From Myxococcales bacterium (GTDB lineage: Bacteria; Myxococcota_A; Polyangia; Polyangiales; DASUME01): a stretch of 64,000 nucleotides of DNA. The position numbers and the translations under genes were made by a program. The DNA is taken from contig JASGJH010000001.1 of NCBI GenBank assembly GCA_047601445.1, forward strand, positions 3,008,001 through 3,072,000, written 5' to 3'. The notes beneath the pieces were generated by a model. That model searched no databases. It was not told the DNA's origin and saw only the letters and a list, made by a program, of their open reading frames with translations. Every line of letters begins with the position of its first letter. The first letter of the stretch is position 1. This document shows positions 49,879-60,396 of this stretch, in pieces.

Positions 49879-51642
49879 TCAGAGCAGCGTGTCTTCGGGC
49901 ACGGCCGGGCGCCCCTCTTGGAGCTCCAGCATGCGCGCTTCGCGGCGCGGGCGGTCCCGCAACTGCTCGCGAGCGCGCGCGAGCTCGGCGGAGAGCGCAC
50001 TCTCGGAGCGCTCGAGCTCCCTGATGCGTTCCACCAGGGTACTGCGCTCGGCCTGGAGGCCCTGCAGCTCGTACTGCAGGCGGATCTGCTCCTGGCGTCC
50101 GCGCTCGGCCTCGGCGTTCAGCGAGCGCCGGTGGCTCTGGGCGCGCAGCAGCTCCTCGCCGATGTTCTCGCGCTCGTTGCGCAGCTGGGCGAGCTCCTGG
50201 TCGAGCCCCCGCAGCTCGCCCTCGAGCTGCAGTGTGCGCTCGTTGCCAGACTCCAGTGCACGCTTGAGCTCACGCGCGCTGCGCTGCTCCGTCTCGAGCG
50301 CCTTTTCGGTGGCCAGCTTGCGCGCTTGCTCACGCGAGAGCTTGGCCTCGAGCAGGCCGTTTTCCTGGCGCGTGGCCTCGACCTCCTGGGCCCGACTGCG
50401 CTGCTCGCCATTGAGGGCATCGATGGCGTCGCGCGCCGAGTCGATCTCCGCGGCCTGCTGTTCGATGCGCGCGTCCTTCACGCGCGAACGCACACGTTCG
50501 GTGCGCAGCTGAAAGGCCAGGGCCATGGCCAGCGCCCCCACCAAGCACAACACGGGCCCCACGCGCAGGAACAACCTGCGCCGCTCACGCTGGCGCTCCT
50601 CGCGCCGGGTGAGGACGGCCAGCTCGTTGGTGAGCTCGCGCGCGCTCGGACGCTGCGCCGGCACCACCGAGAGCCAGCGCGCCAGGGCCTGCTGGATGTC
50701 CGAGAGCTCGCGCAGCGGGGGCAGCGCCACGCCGACCTCGGCGCGCTGCGCCAGAGCGCCCTGACTGGCAGCCTCCGGGTTGAGCTCGCGGCCGTCGGGC
50801 GCCAAGGAGTCCACCAGCGTGAGGGCGAGCGCGAACACGTCGGCCTTGCCGTCGACCGGACTCGGCTTCTCACCGCTGCAGAGCGCGAGGTGCGCGCGGG
50901 CCATCTCGGGCGCGACGTAGTGGGCGGTGAACGCCGGCAAGTGCTCGTCGTTGAAGGCGCCGACTCCCAGGTCCAGCAGGACGGGATGATCCTCTTGGCC
51001 CTCGCCGAAGCGCGCCAGCAGGATGTTCTCGGGCTTCACGTCCTGATGGCGGATGCCGCGCTCGTGCATGGCCGAGAGCGCCGCCGCCAGGCGCTTGAAG
51101 ATGGCAGCCGCTTCCTGTCGCGTGAGAGCGCCGCGCGTCTTGAGCCGCTGGGCCAGGGTCTCCCCTTCGTACCAGGGCATCACGATGTACAGGCGACCGC
51201 GGTGCAGGCCGTGGTCCTTAAAGCTCACGACGGAGGGGTGCGAGACCGCCGCGATCAACTGCACCTCGCGCAGAAAGCGAGCGTGCTCGGCCTCGGACGC
51301 CGCCGGACGGTGCATGACCTTGAGGGCCACCACGTGACCCGGAACGTCGACATCATGGGCCCGATAGACCGCACCGAACGCGCCCTCTGCGACGAACTCG
51401 ACGAGCTCATAGCGGCCTCCGATCACGGTGCCGATATCGAGGCGCGCGGACGGCGCTTCCTTCTTGCTGCGCGCCGTGCCGACCTGCACGGTCTGCATGG
51501 CCTCGCTAGCGCTCCCGCGGGCCTTGGGCGGGCACGACAGCGAGGTGGGAGCGAGCGCCAGCGGTCCGTCGTTTGCGCGGTCAGTTACCACCGCGGACAA
51601 AACGCTCCAGGGGCCCCTCCTATTCGCTCGTTCGCACGTCAT
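49879..51642 (-). CDS. Ser/Thr kinase with one TM and long C-terminal coiled coil
   Basis: EGAFGAVY, VALK, HQDVKPEN, DLG, YVAPE. Start uncertain. Confidence 0.88.
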   Translation of the reverse strand: MTCERANRRGPWSVLSAVVTDRANDGPLALAPTSLSCPPKARGSASEAMQTVQVGTARSKKEAPSARLDIGTVIGGRYELVEFVAEGAFGAVYRAHDVDVPGHVVALKVMHRPAASEAEHARFLREVQLIAAVSHPSVVSFKDHGLHRGRLYIVMPWYEGETLAQRLKTRGALTRQEAAAIFKRLAAALSAMHERGIRHQDVKPENILLARFGEGQEDHPVLLDLGVGAFNDEHLPAFTAHYVAPEMARAHLALCSGEKPSPVDGKADVFALALTLVDSLAPDGRELNPEAASQGALAQRAEVGVALPPLRELSDIQQALARWLSVVPAQRPSARELTNELAVLTRREERQRERRRLFLRVGPVLCLVGALAMALAFQLRTERVRSRVKDARIEQQAAEIDSARDAIDALNGEQRSRAQEVEATRQENGLLEAKLSREQARKLATEKALETEQRSARELKRALESGNERTLQLEGELRGLDQELAQLRNERENIGEELLRAQSHRRSLNAEAERGRQEQIRLQYELQGLQAERSTLVERIRELERSESALSAELARAREQLRDRPRREARMLELQEGRPAVPEDTLL

Positions 51643-51894
51643 TAAGAACCACGTCACGCTCTCACCCCATACGCATGACCTCAAGAAAAGTGCCTAAATC
51701 TTGGAGGATTGAGCGAGTTTTGCGTGACCTCAGCCCGCACCTGCGCACATCGCAGCGGAAGGTGTCTGGCCCACGCCTGCAAGCGTGATTGGCCGAGATG
51801 GGTGTGGGCTACTGCGCCCTCGAAACCCTGACTCGGCGTGATGGGTGTGGAAGCAGCGCAGCCCGCCCGCGAGCAAAACGAGCGCGCAGCGTGT

Positions 51895-52917
51895 CTAGAG
51901 ACGCACGCGATCGGTGCGGCACTGCCACTCGGGAATGCGCGACGTGTCATCGCGCGAGGTGCCCGAAAAACGCGTGCCGTCGGCGCTGCGTCGGCGGATG
52001 GAGAGGCCCTCTTCGGCCCACCAGGCTTCGGCCTCGCGCATGCCCCAGGTGCGAGCGTCCAGGCAGTCGAGCATGGCTTCGCGCAGCTTGAGTGCGCTCT
52101 GCGGACGTTCGAGCGGCGACTTCGCGACACAGGCCATCACCAGGCGCTCGAAGTCCCGCGGCAGCTTTCGGCGCACGCGCTCGGAAGGGCTGAGCGGCTG
52201 GTCGTTGAGCTGCTTGTGGATGAGCTGCTCCATATCGCGCGCGTCGTCGAACAAGTCCTCGCCCGTAAGCATGAAGTAGGCGACTGCCCCCAGGGCGTAG
52301 AGGTCGGTGCGCGCGTCGATACGATGGGTCTCCACCAGCGCCTCCGGCGCCATGTACATGGGCGTACCGAGCAGCGTCCGAGGGCGGTTGTCGTTGGGAT
52401 CGATGGGGGCCTGCAGGTCCGCCACCAGGCCGAAGTCCACGAGCTTCGGGAAATCGACCACGCCGCCGCGGTCGCACAGGAGGATGTTGGCGGGCTTGAT
52501 GTCCCGGTGCACGAGCCCCATCTCGTGGGCCTCCGCCAGGGCGTGGGCAATCTGGGCCAGGATGTAGATCACGCGGCCCGGAGGCAGCGGTCCGTAGCGC
52601 ATCACGAGGTCATCGAGCGTGAGGCCGTCGATGTACTCCATGGCGTAGTAGTAGATGCCGTTCTGAGCGACGCCGAAGTCGTAGATCTGCACGGTACTCG
52701 GATGGGTCAGGCGGCTGGTCTGTTGGACCTCCCGCTCGAACAGCTCGAGGCTCTCGTCCCCGGCCACCCGGGTGCGCAGCAGCTTGACGGCGACGGACCG
52801 CGGAAGCCGGTCGTGGCGCGCTCGATACACTGCCCCCATGCCGCCCTGCCCCACCTTCTGTTCCAAGGTGTAGGGCCCCAGTTTGGTACCCATTCCAAGT
52901 GGGTCAGGTTTGCGCAC
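51895..52917 (-). CDS. Cytoplasmic Ser/Thr kinase
   Basis: GQGGMGAVY, VAVK, HRDIKPAN, DFG, GTPMYMAPE. Start uncertain. Confidence 0.92.
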   Translation of the reverse strand: MRKPDPLGMGTKLGPYTLEQKVGQGGMGAVYRARHDRLPRSVAVKLLRTRVAGDESLELFEREVQQTSRLTHPSTVQIYDFGVAQNGIYYYAMEYIDGLTLDDLVMRYGPLPPGRVIYILAQIAHALAEAHEMGLVHRDIKPANILLCDRGGVVDFPKLVDFGLVADLQAPIDPNDNRPRTLLGTPMYMAPEALVETHRIDARTDLYALGAVAYFMLTGEDLFDDARDMEQLIHKQLNDQPLSPSERVRRKLPRDFERLVMACVAKSPLERPQSALKLREAMLDCLDARTWGMREAEAWWAEEGLSIRRRSADGTRFSGTSRDDTSRIPEWQCRTDRVRL

Positions 52918-53182
52918 GTTGCTGTCTACTTCGCCGAGCGCGCGGCGCAAGACGTTGCTCCATGAACGCAGCAGTGGCTTGGGACGTTGATTCCCAAGCG
53001 ATTCCCCCAGACCCTCAGGCTTCACCCAAATAGGGTACCCGAGCTGGGGGTAGTCCAAGCCAGGGGTTTCTGAGTTCGCCTTGCTCGTCACCCGGAACGG
53101 GCGCACCGGTGATCCCCTGTCGGACCGTGGCGGCGGGGTGCGGGAAGCTGGACTCGGACGGCTGCCCGATCCAGGTTGGAGC

Positions 53183-54052
53183 GTGGCAACCCCCCCCGAT
53201 CGCACACTGGGTCTTGGTTTCTCTAGCTGCCCGAACGATACCTTCATGTTCCATGCCCTGGTTCATGGGTTGGTCTCCGTGCCCGGAACGCAGTTCCAGG
53301 TGCAGATGGCGGACATCGAAGCGCTCAACCACCGTGCCCTCGGGGAGAGCTCGGCTCCGCGTCTGCCGGTCACGAAGCTGAGCGCAAGCGCGCTTTCGTT
53401 CGTGGTGGAGGACTACGCGGTGTTGCGCGCTGGTGCGGCGCTGGGCCGAGGCGTGGGCCCGCTGGTGGTGGCGCGCCCCGACCGGGGATTCAGCTCACTC
53501 GCGGACCTGGCAGGCAAGCACATTGCGGTGCCGGGCCTGCGCACCACGGCCTATCTACTTTTGAGCCTGTTCGCGCCGAGCGACCTGCGAGTCACGGCGC
53601 TGCGCTTCGATCGCATCATGCCGGCCGTGGCGGCGGGGGAATTCGATGCCGGCCTGATCATCCACGAGAGCCGCTTCACGTACCCGGATCACGGGCTGAG
53701 CTCGTTGGCCGACGTGGGGAGCCTGTGGGAGAAGGAGACAGAGCTGCCGTTGCCGCTCGGTCTCATCGCGGCCCACCGCGACCTGGGCGCTCCCTTGCTG
53801 CGGGAGATCGAGACCGCCGTGAGCGACAGCGTGCGCTACGCGTTCGCGCACCCCGAGGCCAGCAAGGACTATATCCGCGAGCACGCGCAGGAGCTGAGCG
53901 AGGACGTGTGCAAGCGGCACATCGGCCTCTACGTGAACCAGCACTCCGTGGACATCGGCGAGCAGGGACGTAGAGCGGTGGAGCTGTTGCTCGAGCGCGG
54001 CGCCGAGGTCGGTCTGTTGCCGAAGCTCAAGCGCTCGCCCTGGCTCGAGTAA
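53183..54052 (+). CDS. mqnD: 1,4-dihydroxy-6-naphthoate synthase
   Basis: GFSSCPNDTFMF, GAALGRGVGP, IIHESRFTY, LPLPLG, HIGLYVN. Confidence 0.93.
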   Translation: MATPPDRTLGLGFSSCPNDTFMFHALVHGLVSVPGTQFQVQMADIEALNHRALGESSAPRLPVTKLSASALSFVVEDYAVLRAGAALGRGVGPLVVARPDRGFSSLADLAGKHIAVPGLRTTAYLLLSLFAPSDLRVTALRFDRIMPAVAAGEFDAGLIIHESRFTYPDHGLSSLADVGSLWEKETELPLPLGLIAAHRDLGAPLLREIETAVSDSVRYAFAHPEASKDYIREHAQELSEDVCKRHIGLYVNQHSVDIGEQGRRAVELLLERGAEVGLLPKLKRSPWLE

Positions 54053-54061
54053 GCGCGCCCG

Positions 54062-54613
54062 TCAGGGGCGCAGCATGAAGTAGATAACGACGCCCGTGAC
54101 CGACACGTAGAGCCAGATCGGAAACAGCACGCGCGCCACCTTGGCGTGGGTCGCGAAGCGCTTGCGCCAGGCGAAATAGAAGGCCGTCAGGGCGAGCGGC
54201 ACCACGCCGATGGACAACAGCACGTGGCTGATGAGGATGGCGAAGTACACGGTGCGCATGGGCCCTTCGCCCGTGTACTTGGTGTCGCCGTGGACGTAGT
54301 GATAGATGACGTAGCCCACCAAGAACAGGCTCGAGGCCGCGAACGCGCTCACCATGAAGCGCTTGTGCAGGTCGACACGCCGTTGCTTGATGCTGATCAA
54401 ACCGGCCACAAGCAGGCTCGCGGCAAGCGCGTTGAAGGCCGCGTTGACGGCGGGCATGAAGGCGAGGTCCTGGCCGCCGGTGGCGCTGCCCGAGCGAATC
54501 AGGAGCAGCCACGCCAGGAGCGAGAGCGCAAGCGCCGAGACCACAGCGTTGAAGGCGAAGAACTTCTTGTCGGCGACGCGGATCGCCTCCGGGCTCGTGC
54601 TGCTACTGTTCAT
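54062..54613 (-). CDS. DUF420 membrane protein
   Basis: PAVNA, HKRFM, YFAILISH, WLYVSVTGVVIY. Confidence 0.9.
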   Translation of the reverse strand: MNSSSTSPEAIRVADKKFFAFNAVVSALALSLLAWLLLIRSGSATGGQDLAFMPAVNAAFNALAASLLVAGLISIKQRRVDLHKRFMVSAFAASSLFLVGYVIYHYVHGDTKYTGEGPMRTVYFAILISHVLLSIGVVPLALTAFYFAWRKRFATHAKVARVLFPIWLYVSVTGVVIYFMLRP

Positions 54614-54616
54614 GAT

Positions 54617-55453
54617 TCAAACCTCGTACTCGAACAAACAGTGGCCGATGGCGAGCTCGTCCGTCTCGCGCACGGCGACGGTGAGGGCCGCCTTGCCCGG
54701 CTCCAGGACGTAACCGTCCACGCGTAGGGTGTGGCCAGGCAAGACCGGACTCGTGAAGCGACCTTCGAGCGCCCGAAAGCGGCGCGGGTCGTCGCCCGCC
54801 AGGGCCTTGAGCGCGACCCGCCCAGCGAACCCGTAGCTACACAGGCCATGCAGGATCGGCCTGTCGAAGCCGGCCGCCTTGGCGACCTCGGGCTGCGAGT
54901 GGATGGGGTTGATGTCGCCCGTGAGCCGATAGAGCAAGGCCTGCGTCTCCTGGGTGCGCCATTCGGTGGAGAAATCGGGGGCGCGATCCTTGGGCACCCG
55001 GGTGCGCAGCAGCGAGGGCGCGCGCTCGCTTTCGAAGCCGCCTTCGCCACGTAAGAGCAGGGTCCAGACGGTGCGCATGTGGAGCTCGCCGGAGATCTGG
55101 GTCCGGGTTTCGATATTGACCAGGGCTCCGATGCGCAAATCCCAGATGCCGAGCACGTGACCGGTGGTGAGCATCACGCCTTCGCTGGGAAAAGGCTTGA
55201 GTAGCTCGATGCGTTGGGCGCTGTGGAGCAGCTGCACGCGATCCCCGCCGATGTGGTCGAGGGCCGCGAAGACCGGGACGAACCCGGGCACCACGCCCCA
55301 GGTGGGCAGCACGCGCGGTGCGGGGTCGAGCAGGTACGCGAGATCGCCCGTGTCTGCGCCGACGGCAAGCGCGTAGAGCGCCACGTCTTTCCAGCGGTAG
55401 GGGTGTTCGAAGGGGCCTACGGTGACGCCGACTGCGCCGAGATTCAGGGCCAT
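54617..55453 (-). CDS. MaoC-like double hotdog dehydratase
   Basis: LYALAVG, YRLTGDINPIH, PILHGLC. Confidence 0.92.
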   Translation of the reverse strand: MALNLGAVGVTVGPFEHPYRWKDVALYALAVGADTGDLAYLLDPAPRVLPTWGVVPGFVPVFAALDHIGGDRVQLLHSAQRIELLKPFPSEGVMLTTGHVLGIWDLRIGALVNIETRTQISGELHMRTVWTLLLRGEGGFESERAPSLLRTRVPKDRAPDFSTEWRTQETQALLYRLTGDINPIHSQPEVAKAAGFDRPILHGLCSYGFAGRVALKALAGDDPRRFRALEGRFTSPVLPGHTLRVDGYVLEPGKAALTVAVRETDELAIGHCLFEYEV

Positions 55454-55659
55454 GGGCGGGAGCTAGCGCATGGCCCCGGCGGGAACAAGCCAGGCGGCCC
55501 CGGACCACGCGCGATTCGGCGCGGAAAACCCACCAGGATTCGAGGTGAGCGTTGTTACACTGAATGCCGGCTCGGGGGCCGTCGTCGGCCGCCCTTGGAA
55601 ACACGACGGGCGACACACGATGCGCGACACACGGCGCGCGCCCCCAAACGAGGATCCAG

Positions 55660-56523
55660 ATGAACGCGCGATCGGGTATGGGAGTGGCTGCGAGGGTAAT
55701 CGGTCTCGCGCTGGGGTGGGCGGCGTTGGCCCCCGCCATGGTCCACGCGGACGCGGCGGAACAGGACTATCACAAGTGCCTGTCCCACAAGAAGGCGGGC
55801 AAGCTGGACGACGCCGAGCGCGAGTGCCGTAGCTCGCTCGCCAAGCGCCCGGATCACGCCGCGGCGCTTTACACACTCGGGACCCTGCAGCGCCAAAAGA
55901 ACAAGCTCGAGGACGCGTTGGCTTCCTTTCGCAAGGTGCGCGAGCTGGAGCCGCAGAACGCGATCGGCTGGGCCGGCGAGGGGTCGGTGCTCTTGCGTCT
56001 GAACCGCACGGACGAGGCGGTGGTGGCGCTCAAGCAGGCTCTGGCGCTCGATCCGGAGGACATGGCGAGCCTCAGCAACCTGGGCAATGCGCTGCGCAAG
56101 CAGGGCAAGCCCGACGAAGCCATCGCGATGTATCGTCGAGCGCTCGAAAAAGACAAGGACAACCCGGAGCTGCTCAACAATCTGGCGGTGGCGCTCCGCG
56201 CTCAAGACAGGAACGCGGAAGCCATCGACGTGCTGCAGCGGGCGCTCCGGGCGCGGCCGGACGATGCGGCACTCCAGGGCAACCTGGCCAAGACGCTACG
56301 TGCGGAGAAGCGCTATCAGGACGCCATCGGCTTCTACGTCAACGCGCTCAAGGGCAACGACAAGGACGCAGGCCTGTGGTTCGACCTGGGCTACTGCTAC
56401 GAGCAGACCGGGCAAAAGGACAAGGCCATCGACGCCTACAAGCACCACCTGGCGCTGATCCAGGGCAAGGACGAGCGCGCCGCAGCGCACATTCGCGAGG
56501 TCATCGCGAAGCTCGGAGGCTAG
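55660..56523 (+). CDS. Secreted TPR repeat protein
   Basis: Signal peptide; 34-aa repeats (NLG.AL...G...EA...Y.RAL). Confidence 0.88.
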   Translation: MNARSGMGVAARVIGLALGWAALAPAMVHADAAEQDYHKCLSHKKAGKLDDAERECRSSLAKRPDHAAALYTLGTLQRQKNKLEDALASFRKVRELEPQNAIGWAGEGSVLLRLNRTDEAVVALKQALALDPEDMASLSNLGNALRKQGKPDEAIAMYRRALEKDKDNPELLNNLAVALRAQDRNAEAIDVLQRALRARPDDAALQGNLAKTLRAEKRYQDAIGFYVNALKGNDKDAGLWFDLGYCYEQTGQKDKAIDAYKHHLALIQGKDERAAAHIREVIAKLGG

Positions 56524-56546
56524 GGGGGTTCCGGGGTTCCCTAGGG

Positions 56547-56837
56547 CTAGCCGAGGCGCTCGAAGCTCCAGGCCTTGACGACCTGCGTTTGGGGGCCGAT
56601 GCGCGCCATGAGATCGGTGAAGCCCTGGCTGGCCATGGTGATGGCCTGGCTGGCTTCGCTCACGAAGAGCATCACCACGCTCACGTCCCAGCTCTTCGCG
56701 GATGCCGCATCCGCCGGCAGGCCCACCGAGACCTCATCCACGCCATCCAGCGCGATCAGCGCGTCGCGCACGGACTTGGCGAGCTCGGCACGCTCGGCTT
56801 CGGAGTTCAGCTTCAGCAACATGATGCGTTCGACCAT
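56547..56837 (-). CDS. Dabb family (stress-responsive A/B barrel) protein
   Basis: MVERIMLLKL, VSVGLPAD, WD; size about 96 aa. Confidence 0.65.
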   Translation of the reverse strand: MVERIMLLKLNSEAERAELAKSVRDALIALDGVDEVSVGLPADAASAKSWDVSVVMLFVSEASQAITMASQGFTDLMARIGPQTQVVKAWSFERLG

Positions 56838-56855
56838 GACGAGGACTCGCTGGGC

Positions 56856-57179
56856 TTAGAAGTTGGGTACCTGGCCGATGGCGGCCTGCGACAGCGACGT
56901 CAGGCACGCGAACAGCTCGTCGCCGGTGCCCTTGTCGTGCAACCACTTGCCCGAGGCGTCGTCGAAGGAGAAATGCCAGGCGCTCTGCCCGCCCGCGAGC
57001 CAGATTTGATTCACCGCGGACTGCGTGTTCACCACGCAGCGCTGGCCGTTACGGAAGGTAATGTTGAGCGTGTTGCCGGCGGACTCCACGTCGGCGTCGT
57101 CGGCGTCGATGGCATCGAAGCCGTCGAGGATCGCCCGAAAAGTCTCGTCGGCCAGGTGTCGAAAGCGTTGGTCATCCAT
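56856..57179 (-). CDS. cyaY: Iron donor frataxin CyaY
   Basis: F..LAD, GNTLNITF.NG, VVNTQ...QIWLA, HF. Confidence 0.9.
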   Translation of the reverse strand: MDDQRFRHLADETFRAILDGFDAIDADDADVESAGNTLNITFRNGQRCVVNTQSAVNQIWLAGGQSAWHFSFDDASGKWLHDKGTGDELFACLTSLSQAAIGQVPNF

Positions 57180-57212
57180 CACGGCGCCTCGGAGTGCTGG
57201 GGACAGCACGAT

Positions 57213-58373
57213 TTAGGTCCGCCCCTGGCTGCTTGCAAGGCTTTTGTCCGAGCCGAGCCGCAGCATGCGCACCGCGTACAGCAGCCCCGCCAACGCTGCC
57301 GTGAACGACGCTAGCTCGAACAAGACGCGGCTGCCGTGCCGCTCCAACACATAGCCTCCCAGCAAGGTCGCCGAGCTGGTGCCGAGCCCCAAACAGGCGG
57401 CCCCCAGCCCCTGCACCGTGGCGCGCGTCTCAGGGGTGGATCCGCTCTGATTCTCGTGGACGAACACCAGGTACCAGAGGCCGAACGTGATCGCGTGGAG
57501 TGGCGCCAAGAGCCCGACCTCCCAGGCCGTGTCCGCCCGCGCCAGGAGAAACCAACGGACGCATGCCACCGCTGCCGCGAACAGCAGCCAACGCCCGTTG
57601 GAGTCCGTGCGCAGGAAGCGCGGAAACACGAAGAATAGGGCCACTTCGAACACGACGCCGATGGACCAACACAAGCTCACGAAACCTGGGGTCACGCCGG
57701 GCACGCTGCGCGCGTGGGGACCGAAGTACATGTCGAAGGCTCCGTGGGCGCCGTAGTAGAGGGTGGAGGCGAGCCACAAGAGCAGGACGTCGGGCTTTCG
57801 CGCAAGCTGGGCGAGGGTGCCCCGCAAGCGCACGCGTCCCTGGGGTCGCTCGTCGTGCATGCGCCGCACCACCACACTGCCGAGCAGGTAGCCCGCGCTC
57901 GCGACGATGAAGGGCGAGCTGAACGCCGCGTCGACCCCGAACACGCCAAAGGCCGCGGCGCTGAGCGCGAAGCCGATGGAGCCGAAGACCCGCACGTAGC
58001 CGAAGTTGGAGGCGCGCTCACCGAGCAGCTGATAGGTGCCCGCTTCGGAGAGTGGAATCAGCGAGCTTCCGAACAAGGCCCAGAGGGCATAGGCGCACCA
58101 GGTAGTGGCGAAGCTGCGGCTCTGGCTCAGGGCCAACATCCCCAAGGCCGCGAGCACCGTGTTCAGGCGCAAGAGCCGGGTGGTGCCGAGCCACTTGTCC
58201 GAGAGCGCTCCCCACAGGGGCGGCGCCAACATGCGCGAGAGCGGCATCAAGGCCATCAGCCAGGCGTACTGGGTGGGCCGAAAGCCCCGCGCCTGCATCG
58301 AGAGCGCCATCAGCGGCAGCACTGCTCCCAGGCCAATATAGATGGCCAGGTAATAGAGGCGCAGCGCGTTCAC
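57213..58373 (-). CDS. MFS transporter (HcaT/PPP-like)
   Basis: WGALSD, FGYVRVFGSIGF, LHAITFG; about 12 TM. Confidence 0.88.
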   Translation of the reverse strand: MNALRLYYLAIYIGLGAVLPLMALSMQARGFRPTQYAWLMALMPLSRMLAPPLWGALSDKWLGTTRLLRLNTVLAALGMLALSQSRSFATTWCAYALWALFGSSLIPLSEAGTYQLLGERASNFGYVRVFGSIGFALSAAAFGVFGVDAAFSSPFIVASAGYLLGSVVVRRMHDERPQGRVRLRGTLAQLARKPDVLLLWLASTLYYGAHGAFDMYFGPHARSVPGVTPGFVSLCWSIGVVFEVALFFVFPRFLRTDSNGRWLLFAAAVACVRWFLLARADTAWEVGLLAPLHAITFGLWYLVFVHENQSGSTPETRATVQGLGAACLGLGTSSATLLGGYVLERHGSRVLFELASFTAALAGLLYAVRMLRLGSDKSLASSQGRT

Positions 58374-58488
58374 GGGCGCGCACTGTTGTCGAAGCGCCGG
58401 CCGACATCAAGCGGGATTGCGCTCCGGGTCCGGGACGGGTAGACGGAGCATCCAGCGCGCACGGAGCGCGCGGCAGGAAGCGGTTGCG

Positions 58489-59019
58489 ATGGACAAGCAG
58501 GAACTGGCTCGCAAGGTGGTTGAGATCGCGCTGCGCAGGGGAGAATTCAAGCTGCGCTCCGGACAGATCTCCAATGTGTACTTCGACAAGTATCAGTTCG
58601 AGAGCAGCCCCCGACTGCTGCAGGAGATCGCGCGGCACATGGTGGCCCTGGTTCCCCCCGGCACCGAAGTGCTGGCGGGGCTGGAGCTCGGCGGCGTGCC
58701 GATCGCGACCGCGCTCTCCTTCGAGACCGGCCTGCCAGTCGCCTTCGTGCGCAAGGAGCGCAAGAGCTACGGCACGTGCCTGATCGCCGAGGGTGCCGCG
58801 CTCAAGGGCAAGCGGGTATGCATCGTGGAGGACGTGATCACCACGGGCGGCGCGGTGATCGATAGCGCCAACGAGCTGCGCGCCGAGGGCGCGATGCTGG
58901 ACGTGGTGCTGAGCGTGATCTTCCGCGGCGATGCCGCCAAGGACAAGCTGGCCGAGGCTGGCCTGCGCCGTGTGTCCTTGCTGGGACTCGAGGATCTCGA
59001 GCCCCACATGGGCAAGTAG
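58489..59019 (+). CDS. pyrE: Orotate phosphoribosyltransferase
   Basis: GEFKLRSG, YFDKY, FVRKERKSYGT, VEDVITTGG. Confidence 0.94.
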   Translation: MDKQELARKVVEIALRRGEFKLRSGQISNVYFDKYQFESSPRLLQEIARHMVALVPPGTEVLAGLELGGVPIATALSFETGLPVAFVRKERKSYGTCLIAEGAALKGKRVCIVEDVITTGGAVIDSANELRAEGAMLDVVLSVIFRGDAAKDKLAEAGLRRVSLLGLEDLEPHMGK

Positions 59020-59059
59020 AACGCATCTCAGGGGACGAGATGCGCGCTAGCGCGGAGGT

Positions 59060-60214
59060 TCAGGTCTTGGCGATGAGCTCGGCCGTGGGCGCGTGAATCA
59101 CGGCGCCGTCGTGCGTGAGCAGGGTGCCCTTCACGACCTCGTCGTTGAGGTCGAGCTTGAGCTCACCGCCCTTGGCGACGAGGGTCAACAGCGACTGCAC
59201 GTTGCGGCCGTAGAGCATGCTGGCGTCGTAGGGCAGCGTCGCAGGCAGGTTGGCCTCGCCGATGATCTTGACGCCGTGCTTGACCACGGTCTTGCCGAGC
59301 TCGCTGAGCTCGCAGTTGCCGCCCTGTTCGACCGCCATGTCGACGATCACGGAGCCGGGCTTCATGCCCTGCACCATGTCGGCCGTGACGAGCTTCGGAG
59401 CCGGCCTGCCGGGCACCAAGGCCGTGGTGATCACCACATCGGCGAGCACGATGCGCGCCTTGATGATCTCCTGCTGCTTCTGCAGGAACTCCTTGCTGAC
59501 TTCCTTCGCGTAACCGCCCTGCCCTTCGCCGCTCTCGAGGTTGGGCAACTCGATGAACTTGGCACCGAGCGACTGCACCTGCTCCTTGACGGCCGGGCGG
59601 ATGTCGCTCACCTCCACCACCGCGCCGAGGCGCTTGGCGGTGGCGATCGCCTGCAAGCCCGCGACGCCCGCGCCCATGATGACCACGCGCGAAGGCTGAA
59701 TGGTGCCGGCCGCCGTCATCAGTAGCGGGAAGTACTTGGGCAAGTTGGCGGCCGCGAGCAGGACCGCCTTGTAGCCGGCGATGTTGGCCTGCGACGACAG
59801 CACGTCCATGCTCTGGGCACGCGTGATGCGCGGCACGAGCTCCATGGCGAAGGTGCTGATCTTGTTGGCGACCAACTTCTTCACCATGGGCAGATTGCGG
59901 TGCGGGGACATCAGCCCCACCAGCAGCGCCCCTGGCTTCATGGCGTCGGCCTCGTGCTTACCTAGATCGGCGTTCTCGGCCGCTTCGGTGACCTTGAGCA
60001 CGATGTCTGCACTCGACCACGCCCCGGGGAGGTCTTTGGTGAGCGTCGCTCCAGCGGCTTCGTACGCCTTGTCGAGAAACGATGCCGCCTCGCCGGCTCC
60101 GGCTTCGACGACGATTTCGAGCTTCTCTTTGACGAGCTTTTTGACGGTGTCGGGCGTGACCGCGACGCGGGTTTCACCGGCGCGGCGTTCTTTCGGCACA
60201 AAGACCTTCAACAT
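59060..60214 (-). CDS. pntA: NAD(P) transhydrogenase alpha subunit, domain I only (PntAA)
   Basis: ETRVA, RITRAQSMDVLSSQ, GAGVAGLQAIATA, GGYAK, GGNC; no TM part. Confidence 0.94.
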   Translation of the reverse strand: MLKVFVPKERRAGETRVAVTPDTVKKLVKEKLEIVVEAGAGEAASFLDKAYEAAGATLTKDLPGAWSSADIVLKVTEAAENADLGKHEADAMKPGALLVGLMSPHRNLPMVKKLVANKISTFAMELVPRITRAQSMDVLSSQANIAGYKAVLLAAANLPKYFPLLMTAAGTIQPSRVVIMGAGVAGLQAIATAKRLGAVVEVSDIRPAVKEQVQSLGAKFIELPNLESGEGQGGYAKEVSKEFLQKQQEIIKARIVLADVVITTALVPGRPAPKLVTADMVQGMKPGSVIVDMAVEQGGNCELSELGKTVVKHGVKIIGEANLPATLPYDASMLYGRNVQSLLTLVAKGGELKLDLNDEVVKGTLLTHDGAVIHAPTAELIAKT

Positions 60215-60396
60215 GGCGCGCCAATATAGCCGAACCCGGAGAGGGGGCATGCTACTTCGTAGTAGCCGTGAGGGTTTGTCGGAGACCCCGGCACGGGTCG
60301 CCACCAAACGACCCCGCCAAGGTTCCCTCCCCGCCCGCCGGTGGCTAGAGTTTAAGACCCCAGCAACGCCACGGAGCCAAGAGGAGCGCTCGAGAC

